Assembly: GCA_002633005.1 (NCBI GenBank)
Contig: NMRA01000105.1
Span: 536,010 to 600,009, forward strand
Direction of reading: 5' to 3'
From: Phoronis australis
Lineage: Eukaryota; Animalia; Phoronida
DNA: 64,000 bases
Positions within the stretch are counted from its first letter, which is position 1; the number at the start of each line of letters is the position of its first letter. Made by a program: the position numbers and the translations under genes. Positions 38,251-51,800 of this stretch are shown here, piece by piece. The notes beneath the pieces are model-generated. The model had not been told where the DNA came from. It did not search any database and was given only the letters and a program-made list of their open reading frames with translations.

Positions 38251-41200
38251 TTAAGTTTGTGCCAGATACATTGATTGTTAGGCCCTCAGTGGATTTTTGT
38301 TGAGAACATTTTAAACACTTTATGAGAACTCTGGTGAATGTGTTCTATTTCATGTCGGGGAGAAAATTCACTCAAAAAATAAGGCTCAAAAAGAACAATA
38401 ATCAGGACTTTTACTGTTCTAATTTGCTTATAGAATTTTTGACAAGCAACACATAGATATATTTTTGGAATCTAAAGTTATTTTCCTACTTCATTTTTCC
38501 AACATAAATTAAACTTTCTGAGTGAATTTTATCACTGAATATTCATTTACTCTTGTAGTGACTGTGCACATAACCGAAAACGAGGTCTCCTGGTAAACGA
38601 ATTTTGGTTCTCAGGGTGTACCATAAACTACTTGTTCCTTGGGCAACATGGCTGTCATCTGAGAAGTTATTGTCAGACCAGATACATTTATGTGCATACT
38701 ATTAAGTATTCTGTTCTTGAGATAGGCTTCTCTGCTCCTGGTAGGGCCAATGCTAACGGAGGTGTCTTAAGGAAACACTTGTAGCAACCATAAACCCACC
38801 TTCTGTCGAAGAAGCTAACTAGATTTAGACCAGTTAAAGATGCATAGTCTCATTAAATGGTGAATATGCAAATGAAGTACAAACAACCCCGGGACCTCCT
38901 GTGTGCAGGAAACCATCCAAAAACCAGTTACCACGATTACAATCTCGCGAAAGTCTCGTTTTGCGAGTCTATTTTTAAGTAAATGAGTATAATATTTCAT
39001 CATTAGCCTTATGAAACAAGGCACAGTTTTCATTATTTGTTTATCTTACTATCAAATAACGATTGCAAAGTATTTGGATTACGAATTTTTTTATGTTCAC
39101 ACTTGTTTTTAAGTGTATCTGTTGTGAGGTTTTCTTTAAAACCGCAATTTATTTACAAATTTTCTTGGTTATACTTGTACACACAGTTCTCCAGGAAATC
39201 ACTAGGTGGCGCTGGCTGCAAATTTAAATATTCATAGTATTAATGAGACATAGCATCTTTAATTAACGCTCAACTTGTTCCTTACCCAGATAAAAAGTGA
39301 ATTTGGTCTTGCAAAGAACTGATAATTTAAAAAAACTATCAATTCTTCCCAGTCCCAGATGGCACATTTACTCTTGACTTGAGAACAATTTGAGACCAAT
39401 TTAATAACGGTAAGTGGTCTAATTCAAAAGTTGTTTTTGTGAGGGAAGGCAGGTTTGAAACAGCTTAAATAAGTAAGTTCTAGGGGTGGGTGCGGGGGGT
39501 TACCAGTTGGTTGGACTGCAAAACCAAATGGCCGATGATCAAACCTGTTGTTCAGACTTCAAAGCGTGATGGCCCGACTGGTTTTGAAGTCCAACCAATT
39601 GCTGATTCCCCCTTGAAGTTAGAGCCTATAGACATCATATGTTTTGGAACTCGCAGCATTGAGGGGCTAATTCAAATTCATTATTTTTGTTTGCACACGT
39701 GACAACCAGATGATTGTGAGCCAAACTTTTTTGCCACACTGGTTAAAAAATAAGGCGTTTTCAAGAACACTTTCCCTATATGGCAATTGGTCACAGTGGT
39801 AACCATGTGGGGGTCTGTTGGCATCAATGATGATTAGCTCTGATCGTTACTCCACCCAGTGTGACGTGCCAGCTTATGACTGGTCACTGAGATATTTATG
39901 GGTGGGGCAACAGTAACTGATCAAGGAACAAGCCCAAAAATAATTAAAAAACTTGGATTTGGGTATGGATGCAGAATTTTATTGGCATCAAAGGTGGAGT
40001 TAATCAGAGTTATAAAAAGGGGAGTGGTTATGTGAGAATTGTTGATAACTTTGTCTATGCATCTTTGATGAAGAAAGAATAAAAGACCTAAATCCTTATT
40101 GTTTTGTTTTTGAAAAAGGAAAAACAGTCTCACTCAGAGCCGAGTGACATTTTATCAAGAATAATTGTGGATGTTCTCAAAGGAAAGTAAACACTGGTTG
40201 CATGAAACAAGTTTGGGATTGAGCAACTACGATGTCTAAGTGGCGTCACAAACATTAATTTTATTTTGATCAATTGCCATCAAGTTTCAAATTTGCTCTC
40301 GGCCAAATAAGGGTAGATTTATGGAATTGAAAAGAACTGACGTACATTCTTGCATTACACCAGGGTTGAGTAACTCGAAGCTACCTTACTAATTAACCGA
40401 TAATAAATATGATGAAGTGCTGTTATTTGACATTGAGGGGACACTAGTGTCACTCTAATATGATTTATGCGAGTCATTAGTGACACTCACGGAATGAAGA
40501 ATGGATTCCGACCATAACCTTGAGTTACTTAGGTTATGGTCTTACCCTAACTTGAGGTGGTTTTGAGTTAACCAACCTTGTCTAGCTATACAAGATGGCT
40601 TGTCACGGTTGAGTCATTTTAAGCATCAAGCATGGTCTCTAACAAGAACGAACTGCCATTTTTTTCTCAGAATTGTCATCTCAGTTAAGATCGGTTTTCG
40701 GGAGGTAAGAGATCAGAATCAAAATTAATTTCTCAGATGTATCAGTTTTAATAGAAATAATTAATTAAAATAGACACTGCATTGACACAGCAATTTCAGG
40801 AATGCAACAGATATCGGCGGACACAAACAAATTCATTCATAACCACCGAAACTAACATATAGCAACATAGCATACACTAAACGTGGAACATAAAACCTAC
40901 AAAGAATAACCAAAGTGGAACAGCACTCGTGTATGGCAAAAATTCTCCAATTAATGGGACAGTCTCTAAAATTTGGACACCTATATTCCATGATCCGATA
41001 TGACATGATTCTTGAATATTGAACGACCAGTATTGTATATTTCTAAAATCTGAGACAAGCTCCGGCCTTGAAATATTCACCCACCCAAGTTGGAGAATTT
41101 TTACCATATGTAGTATAACCTACTACAGGCAACTGTAAACATGTCACTACTGTCACACTGGGATGGGATAAGGTAGTTCACCCCAACACCACCTAAAGAC

Positions 41201-42184
41201 TATAAAGTCGTGCTGGAACCAACTATAATCAATTAATTGCACTTAGATTATGACACGATTTTAGAATACCAACTTATATAGCATTTTTCACATGCATAAA
41301 ATGGCAAGCAAGCCAGTGACCGGTCTCAATATTGCGACCAATCAGCAGTAAGTCATGACAGTGATACAATGATCCCCAGTCTTTTTGTCTGAAGAATGCA
41401 AATGGATGAAACAGTCAAAATTACAGTGTTACAATATGTGGATCTGGTCACTGAGACCAGTCAATGGCCTCAGTGTTGAGTCTAGATACTGGAAGTTTTG
41501 TGAATTGATTTCAAATCTGGAAATACCAGTGCAGAATGTGCCATCAATTGTATTTTCGAGTGGACACTTTCACCTGTGTTGAGCGCTGGTATGTAACACA
41601 AAATAAATTTGTAATCAAAGTGACTTAAATTAACAAACAAGAATTAAATGCACATTAAACCAAAAATTGCAATCTATCACTGACTAAAAAACATAAGCAG
41701 TAAAAAATTACACACATTGCTGAAAATTTTTATTCATTCGCTAAACTTTGAACTACTCAAGAAACCAGATAACTTTTAGGACAAAATTCCTAATGATAGT
41801 AAATGGACAAAAACAATCATATACGCTTACAGTGTTGCAAAAACACAAGCACAATAAGTAAACATAAATTTTGAGTTGAATATATCACAGCTAGAGATAA
41901 ACTGATCTCTTTCAAGGGACCCAGTCAACAGGCAAGTGGTCCTGGCCCCAATTAGTGACAACAAAAAGAAAGAACATCCACTAGTAATTGTAGCAAAGTA
42001 TTTCTGTTCATCTGGTGATTGTGGTCAGTTTTGGCAATCTCCAATAGACTTACACTTAAGGGTATATTTGTGTGAATGGTACACCACACTTGTAAGCACC
42101 TTTTGTCCTATAATTTATCATCCTATTTGCATTCTTAACAATTGAGTGTTGTAGCGCCTGATATTCTAGTCCACATAATTTAAT

Positions 42185-45100
42185 CTAAGTAGTGGCCGCT
42201 TCATCACCAGAGGTAGCTTTGTCCCATCCAGAATTTGTCAAAAACCTGTAAAATCGAAAATGCGATAAATGCTAAGTATGATCCATCTTTAGTGTTTCGC
42301 AGAATCACAACCGTGAGCTTATACAGTTTGAGAGGAGAGTCTGCTCTGTTGAGACACACTCAGCACATAAGAACGTCTGCTCTGTTGAGACACACTCAGC
42401 ACATAAGAACGTCTGCTCTGTTGAGACACACTCAGCACATAAGAACGTCTGCTCTGTTGAGACACACTCAGCAAATAAGAACAGGTCATATCATCCAAAG
42501 CATTGAAAAAATGAATTTGCCAACTTGGAGTATCTTAGGTGCAAGCAGCCGAGACAGGTCTAAGTTGAACCTTCTATGAATATGTCACTCATTGTTTTGT
42601 CTAACTTAAAAACACTCTTTTTCTCATTTCAGTGAGCAAAATTTTATGGGATCTTTACCAAATGTAATTGTCTTTTTTCAGAATCCATCTTGTAATCGCT
42701 CTCTTACCGTCTTGATATATTCAGACAAAAGCGTGAAACACCAGACAGACTAAATGGGGCATCATGAACATATAATGGAGTTTTTCACATCAGTGATCCA
42801 TTCTTTAAGTTCTATTACCTTGTGATATTCTCCTCTAAATATGATATGTAGACCAGTTTAGTCTTCCAAGAGTCTGGTATGGCATTGTAACCTAGTCTAC
42901 AGCCAACCAGGGCGCCAGCAACAGCACTGTTGGTGTCGGCATCACCACCCTACAGAGAGAGACACAAGTCAGAACATTTCATTAAAGTACGGGTGAAGTA
43001 ACGACGTGCACAACCCAGTGAATACAATTTTTCCATCAGTGAGATACAAACCCGCCAATCAATCATCATATAGCACAATCACCACCAAGTGTCACTCAAA
43101 CTGCACCACAACAGACAAGCTACTTGCTCTTACGCTCATCTGCTGATTTTGAAGGCCAACTGCTTAATATTTTTGTATGGTAAAACAGTCCAAGCCACAA
43201 ACTACAAAGAGTGCACATACATTCAAGGCTGTCTATTATAAACTAACTTCCACCTCATAAGAAATTTAAAGCTGCAATAATGAACCATAACTTGTCACTA
43301 ACAATAGCTTAAGCAGATGACAAGTGATTTTGTGGCTTAAAAAGAACCGACAGTTCACTATTGCTTGAGATCATGCTCAGTGGATAAAATGACACGCAGT
43401 CACGCACAACAAAGTTGAAAGGATACCAAGCCTGGTTTTGGCCTATTAAAAAATACTACTAATGACTTTCTCATCCAGTTCATTCTCTAAAACAAAATAA
43501 TGCCCTGTAACCCCGGACAAGCTCAAATCTATGGAGGAAATTTTGAAAACTCCTTTCAAAGTCTACTACAGGGGCAAGCGTGGCCTACGATTTTAGTGAA
43601 TTACATAGCAACTAAGGGAAAAGACCACCTACCAAAGACCATGATGTACAATCTGTGACATTAGGGAGAATGAGTTTTAAGTTGATTCCTGCCTTAAACT
43701 TGGAAGATTGACACCAATGATGCATTAGCAAGTGACAAAACAAGGATTGGTGGAAATCATCAGAACAGGGTTAGTATACTTTTAACTTGTTGGTCTGGCT
43801 ATAAGTATTAATCACCTTCATTAACAAACGAGACCAATATTACAATCATGAAAATAAGTTAGCTTTTTGACAGAAGGTGGGTTTAGCAGCACACAGTCAT
43901 ACAAGAAGCTAGTTGAGTGTGACAAGAGCATGATTATTCAGTATTTGATGATAATGAATTTTAATTCAAATTGTGACTTTTAATCACTCAAAAAATCATA
44001 CGTGCATCCAGGGGAGCTCGGGGGCTTGAACGAGCCCCCCACTTGGCGAAGTGAGCAAAAAGGTCTGCCTCAGAGAAACAAAAACTCAAAAGTCCACTAC
44101 AAAGGTAGGAACTACCAAAACAAAATCAGCGAATGCACAATTCATAGCTGCTGCTCTGAAAATACCCCGTGAATCTTAGTAAAAGTCCACATTCTCAAAA
44201 ATTCGAGCTCTCCCTTTTTTAGGCTGAATGCGCCCATGCAAATATGGACTTATCAAAATTATCTACCGATTTGGACCACATAAACAGATAACGATGCGAC
44301 CAACTTCATCATTAATAGTACCCGGTATATTCATGAGCAAAATCTAGAAGCGGGTTGATATGCATGCAGTCACAGAAGTAACTTGCAGGAGTATTGAGTA
44401 AGTGGCAGTTACTGTATCCCCAGGTGAAGCAGACAATCATAATCAAAAGCAGATGACAATAACCACAAGCAGACAACCGTAATCACAACAGACGTTTTTG
44501 TGAACTATGTCACCCCTTCACACTATTCAAGTGGTCAAACCCAGCACTTTTTAAAGCACGGATTAGAAGAAGAAAATGATAACAAAGTATCCCACATTTC
44601 CTGCAATCTTACAAAACTTCCGCAGAGTTAATTCAATTACCGAAGCCTAAGTAACTTCCTGAAAGAAGTAACGGAACAAATTACAAAAAGAAAACAATTT
44701 GCAATTCCAGTTCCTTATCTTGGATATCCATAATTTCTAAATCATTGGAGAATCTTTTTGTGAGTGCTAAAACATTATTTAATGTAAATCTGTACTGTGG
44801 GTCAGAGGCCTACTTTCTTCAATAAACACAAAATCTCACCTATTTCTAACACAATATGCCAGTTGTGAATTTCTCATGTTTTCATATACAAGGCAAGTAG
44901 CACCACTGACAATACAATTTCTCATGTTTTCATATACAAGGCAAGCAGCACCACTGACAATACAATTTCTCATGTTTTCATATACAAGGCAAGTAGCACC
45001 ACTGACAATACAATTTCTCATGTTTTCATATACAAGGCAAGCAGCACCACTGACAATACAATTTCTCATGTTTTCATATACAAGGCAAGTAGCACCACTG

Positions 45101-45814
45101 ACAATACAATTTTCAAGCTCTGCACCACGGCTACCTCATCAAACAATATTTGTGGACATTCCCAACAATGTTTTAACCCTTGAAATATAAAAAGGACAAT
45201 CTTCGGAATTATGTTTTGTCTAAAACTAGTGAGGTTTTATTATATTTCAGCAATTTTATAAAAGAAATATTGCAGCAAGAACGTTTTTTCTTAAAGTTAT
45301 GTAGGACCCAAGGAAAATGCGAAATTTTGGCGAACTTTGGAACATTTAATCTCTCCGTCAAACATTGTAGATCATGCTTATATGAAACCTTCACACACCG
45401 TGCTTTATGCACTGTTCTCCAATACGCTGTAAAAAGGAATTAATTTTAAAGTTTTCCAATTTTGCATGAGGGGCTATAAAAACGGAATTTTATGATTTTC
45501 ACGAAATTAGTCCAGAATTGTAGAAAACAAAATGATAATTTTAAACTGAAACAACATTTTTGAGATTTCATTTTGAACGCTTCAACTAAATTTGATTGTG
45601 TTATCGATGCTGTTGTTTTGGTATCAATCATTTTTGCTAAATTTAACAAAAAGGCATGGTCACCTGCCCAATTAATGATTGATTGTAAAAAATAAGGTAC
45701 AAAATCAAATTATACAGGCTTTTTACTTTCAAAAAAATTGAATTAAAATCTATACAACGGCAACAACCTCAGTATTGGATACAAAGTCAATGGCCCACAG
45801 GTTCCATTTTACAC

Positions 45815-45847
<33 letters not shown>

Positions 45848-48800
45848 TACAGGTACGCTGCAAAATAGGCTACCTAAACTTGGACTAGTTGTAGCAGGTT
45901 ACAATGATAACAATTCACCACAACACATTTCCAGTTTATGTATAAAGACAAAAGTTTCGCGTTCAATTGTTTTGTGAATATTGCTTCTAAACGAGCCTGA
46001 TTGGACAAAATTTGCAATCTGCCAGATGAAAATTGCTCCTCAGATCACCAAGTACAGGGCATACGAAAAGAACATGAAACTCTATTTCATCTTCCACCAC
46101 ACTACAAATCTGGCGTAATATAAATCTGGCATACTTTTCAGATATTTCGCTAAATACACAGACATGTCCATAAGGTTACATAACTTTAAAAGGCCAGATT
46201 CACACCACCAAACCAGCGACTAGTACATACCTCCTTGACTAGTTTCTCCATAATATATCGGAAGTTGGCATGTTTAGTGGTTTTATTCAGAGCCCAGAAT
46301 CCTGCCCCCAAAGTCTTGTAGGTGTATCCAATCAAGCCGTGGCCACTCAACTTAAGATCAACGAGTTTCTTAGGAAACATGTGCTGTCTCAGCTCTTCTT
46401 TCTAAAGTAAACCACAAAAATTCTGAACAATTTCACTCGAAATACAATCCTAAGAGATGAGTTGAACACAGAGATCTTGCATTACCAAAATCATGATAGT
46501 TTCCTTGGAGTCCCTATGACCAAACAACCTCTAAGAAACATACTTCATTTCAAGTTTCTTTCATTTAGTAAATAAAGTATAATGACATTAACCACAGAAC
46601 ACTAACTTTCCATACTGGCCGAGTAACACTTAAGTCTGACTTAAGTATTACTCCGGTATGAGCTACATTAATGAGCTACACAAAAATTATTATGAAAGTT
46701 AGCAAAGTCTAGTCTTGCGACTTTTGATAAAACAGACCCCATGCTCTCAGTATCAAACATAACACTGTTCAATGACGATTTTGACCTCATGCAAAAGCAG
46801 AGATATTCAAGAAACTTAACAATGGAAATGTGTACAGTCCAGTCCACTAAGGGGGTCGATACCCACCTCTTCATCTGTTTGTAAGAAGTTGCAGGCGTAT
46901 TCGTAACTCTTCATGGAGATAGCTTGCACATCTATCTTTTGTTTGTTCAACACGCACTGCAGCATCATAGCTATGGCTGTTGTCACGGCAACACAAGATG
47001 CTACGCACCTGAAATGCAGCAGAAAGCGTTCAAGAAAATTTTCAAGCAATAAATGCATACCATAACACAAACTCTTTCCTCATATTACCTTTCTATCACA
47101 CTAAAGTCTGTGTCATATGTGTTTCAAAATGAGGTGAATTCTAAATAATTTTTACGGCATCAAGGTTAACAGTGTGAATATCATCACTTAGCAGTCCCAA
47201 GCACAACTTAAAAATTAATAAATCCTATTTTTTAAAAACACCACTGTGTTTTTCTTGTGCAACTGCACAAGCCATTTCTAAAAAGTTACTGCTATTTGTT
47301 CAACCCAGTACTTCCCTTCTTTTAACAAAATTGGATTTTACAAATTACAGTACCTTAGAAAATCGTCAGTTTGGAAAGGCAAACTAACTCAAAATTTTAC
47401 AAAACTTTCTCTCAGGTATCATCTGCACCATGTACACCATACTTGCAACAAAGTAAAAATGTTTCACAAGTTATTTTTGGTTGAGAAAATTGACAAAATT
47501 AAAGTCCATTTGTAAACCATTTTGTGTACCGAGCTAACAAAATCTTAAGCACAATCTACCCAAAACACCAGCAGCCAAAAGGCACATGCGTATGAACACT
47601 ACTTTCAGTTAGTAATACTTAGATAAAAATGATTTCCCACGACATAACCAGCTTTACAATAAAAAATACATTTTTGGGACTACTGTTGAATTCGATAGAT
47701 TTCTTAAAGTTATTAGTTTTGAACTAAGCTATAACACACTTATAAAATTCACTGCTTTTGCAATTTTATTAGTACAAATCATTAATTCTTGCCAACGTCT
47801 GCCAGGCATTCACTGAAATCAAGACCAGTGACTTATGCCAAGAATTGTACAGAGACACTCAGCTTACCTCAAAATCCAACTGCACAATTAATGGGGAACA
47901 TATTATTGGAGCATTAAACTGACGTTTTAGGTTGTAAAAGTCACGTTTCTTGTCCAATTTTCAAAATTCAAAAAACTAATTACGTGGCTGCGCTTTTCAT
48001 GAACTATTCAAATTTGTTATTTACAAGCTTTCGAAAATTTGAAGATACTAATGTCATCCCCAATGTGTTTATGGTGGTCTCATTATCTACAGAAAGATAA
48101 AATCAGCAGTCTGAGGCAATTCAATTTTAATTACCACAACAGCACGATGTCGTTCATCTGAACCACCAGATTCTGTGGTGCGCAAATTAGTTGACCTGTT
48201 AGGGTGCCAACGTAGGAGTCTTTTCATGTTAGACAGTTGAAAATGTTTAGAATACTCTTCCATTTATTGAGTGAGGTTTAGCTCTGCAGGCAGAATGTAA
48301 AACTAGCTCGTTAAGGTTAAGCCCGATTCCGCTGCTGATCTCAAAATACACCTTAATATTGTTGGAATAATTGTTTTTATTCTCAGAATGCAGTCTCTGT
48401 TAAGATATGCGAATCAGATGAAAATGCAATTTATCATGTTAATTTATTTAAATTAAAATCAATCAGTGTTACATTTTAGATCCAAAATATTGATAGCCAC
48501 TGAATACAGCAACAGAAATGCACGAATTTAATCCACAGAATTGTGCAAAACGTACTTTGTAAAAGACAGTGCTACTTCCAACTAACAAGTTTTAAAAACC
48601 CATTTCCTCAAAAACGATTCTGTCAGAACATACACTGGCATTTAGATAACCTTCTATTGTCAAAACTAGACTTTTCTCAATTTTATAATGACTAATAATA
48701 CTGCCAACACCACGACATAAATTTGATAAAACTGCAACATAAACATTGCTCACCACTCTACATAGTACTTGTTCCTCTATATCTGTGTCTAAATATAGTA

Positions 48801-51800
48801 AAACAATCATTGTTCAAAATTATGGGGGTGTCTAGTGAAAACCCATAAGCCTTCAACAGGCATGTGACTGTTATATGATATGAAAGAAATTATAGAATCA
48901 CAGGGACCATGTTAAACCTATTTCCACATCAATTAAAAATATTAATTTAAAGCCTGTGAAAATTATACTTGACAGTTTGGAACTAGAGCCCTCTAACAGG
49001 AAGGTGTCACAAGGGTAAAAAGACTTAAAGCAATTATTTTTAGAACATCCCCTTAAACCTATGTAACCGCATAATAACACAGGGCTGCAAAAGGCAGATA
49101 AGACCAGGAATTACGAATGGAGGAAATGAATTGGAAAACAAGGGAAAGTCCTAGATGAAGACAATTAGACTATAAATATCGGCGAAGATCATATTGACAG
49201 CTATTCACATCCAAGGAGTGGAGTCTACACATCACAATGGCTTACAAGGTAAGTGATATTTGCAATCAAAAATCTAAGAGTTAGATTGAACATACAAAAA
49301 CATGAAATTTGAAAAAAAACACACTTTTTTGTTTAGTAAGAGAAAGCATATTTATTGAATAGTGAAAATTGCTTGTTTTACATTCTCAGCAGAAGCTGTG
49401 CCACTTACTAATGGTGAACTAATAATAGAATATTACATCTTTAGTTTCATTTTAGTGGTTCTGTCAATTGCTTTGAAATACTATTTTATACTTTTCCAGT
49501 GAAGATTATTTTCAGTCAAATAATTATTTGATGAATTTTAGCAGTTACTGCCAACTGAAAAACCAAAATAAGCTGAAATGAAAATTTTTAAAAAATCCCT
49601 TGTCAACTGGCATGACTCACAAAACATTTGTGGCAAACCTGAGGCCATTCGAAAGAAGTGATCTGATTCAAAGCATTTATTATTACTACTACATTGATTT
49701 CTTATTTTTTAATAATTCTTCTGGTCAAGAAATTTTGCAGACTAGTAGAATTCATCACACTATGAAACTTTGGTTATAGTCAGCTATGGCGTGCCCGCAC
49801 TTCGAGAACCAGTTTTCTCCAAAGAATAACAAGGCATCAAAATGTAGGCACCTTACATGTATATCTGACTACTGCCAAAATTTCAAAACATTTTCATTAC
49901 TTTCAGTCTGACTGACATGCCATCTGTTGGTCAGACTGATACGTGATGGGACTGTCACTTTTGCAAAATACCGGTTTTGGCTACTTGAGGCAATGCTGGT
50001 GAGACGTGACGACAGGGATGTAATTCATGAGACAAATCCTATGCTAACATTTGGGGTTTTTTTACCCCAACGCCCAAGCGAGCCTAAGCCAAACTGTGAC
50101 TAAACCGTCATGATCGATTCACAAATTCTTGCTCATTGCTCAGCCACGATGGCGAAGAAAATCTAATATTAACTTCTCTCGATTTTAAAAATTCAAAGAC
50201 AGCTAATATTTATTTTTCAATTTTAAAAACAGTCACATTGGTATTTTGCCTTACTTATTGTACGGTTTTTGACTTTGAAACTCATATGCTAAACAGCCGT
50301 GTTGGTTTACGACCACAATAATCTCATCCAGCACATTCAACCAAGCCCATGCAATAGCAAGTATCTCCATTCCATCCACGACGGTGCCATCAAAGCTTTG
50401 ATGTGCCGAGCACTTCGCTGGATACTCTGGGGTAAACGGTGCACACTTTTTCGTCTACTTGCATGCAAATCTCGTAGCCAGTGACTGCATGGTGGTGATT
50501 TCATCCTCAATCAAAAAGGCACAAGGACCTTTCTCCTCCTCAGGAGAAAAAGGGCCCTGAATTTGTTTCACTCTCTCTCTAATACAATACTTATGATGCT
50601 GTTTTTCAGACTATTCAATTGGTGATCTTCACCCTGGTCCATTCTGTGGTCATCATAACCGCCACTCCCTGCCAAATGCCGGACGCCGTACGTCCATGCC
50701 TACGTCCACCCCTGGATCGTCTGGTCAAACAACTTGCAGCCAACCGCAACAATGACCCACTCCAAGAATCCTTCGCAAATGTTCCACCATTTGGTGCAGA
50801 AATACAGAATTTCCTCAACAGTCAAGAAATGGATGTGAGCAAAAACGTCACCATTCCTTTTGAGCTCAGTGACTCCACATGTCCGAGTGGGTACGACAGG
50901 ACACCGCAGCAGATGGTAGATCTCAGAGAACGCAGTCACTGTCCTTGGTACTTACAAGTGAACTCTGATGATATGAGAATCCCCAGGATATTAATAAATG
51001 CTAAATGCAAATGCGACCATTGTCTGGGTTTAGGAAATTCCAACGAGTGCGAGCTAGTTACGCGTCGAGTTCCTGTTCTGAGACAAAGGCACGAGTGTGA
51101 TCAAGATGGGTACTACAAGTATACAGAGTCTTGGGAAACTATCGGGGTCGGGTGTACTTGTGCCTTTCCCAATCGATCAATAGGAGACACTGGATCAGAG
51201 TCTGAGACCACAAGCAGTGGAGATGGGCCCCAAATGGCCACGCTTTGAAGACATAAATAACAGACTATTAGATATTTATTTTTTGTATGGAGTTTTACTG
51301 AGGTGATACAAAGTGACATGAAACTATTAATCCGTCACAAGATATCAATATTTTTAGAGTATTGTTTTATATTATACAATCAATTCTACAAAATGTCATA
51401 TCACAGTGAAAGAATTATATATTTATGTTGCAAAATATCACTACTTTTAGGGTTTTTTAAATTACTTAAAGATAAGCATGTTAAGAAAACTATTAAATTT
51501 ATGACAACAATAAAATGCAAACTGTCTATATCGCTTATTTATCCTAACAAGCACCTAGGAGAATGACCAGAGACTGAGTCATAACTTTGCAGGTTCTCTT
51601 CATGCTTCATAGCAGTGACATCTAGTGGACAGGTGAAAATGTCAAGAATCATCAATTTCAAACTAAAATAATCGAGTTTTCATTCAACAACTAGAACTGT
51701 CTCAAAGAAACATTACGTCACCTGATGTGGCCAACAGGTGACGCGCAGATCAGACTTAAAAATGTTTGTGATCAAAATTTCCACACTGGTTCAAGATTTA

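Noticed and set aside
42235-42579. ORF with SALLRHTQHIRT repeats
   Set aside because: Product of the 36-bp intronic minisatellite, antisense to the hydrolase intron.
44836-45190. Repetitive ORFs on both strands (16-aa unit)
   Set aside because: The 48-bp unit is a multiple of 3 and stop-free by chance; no splice signals or domain.
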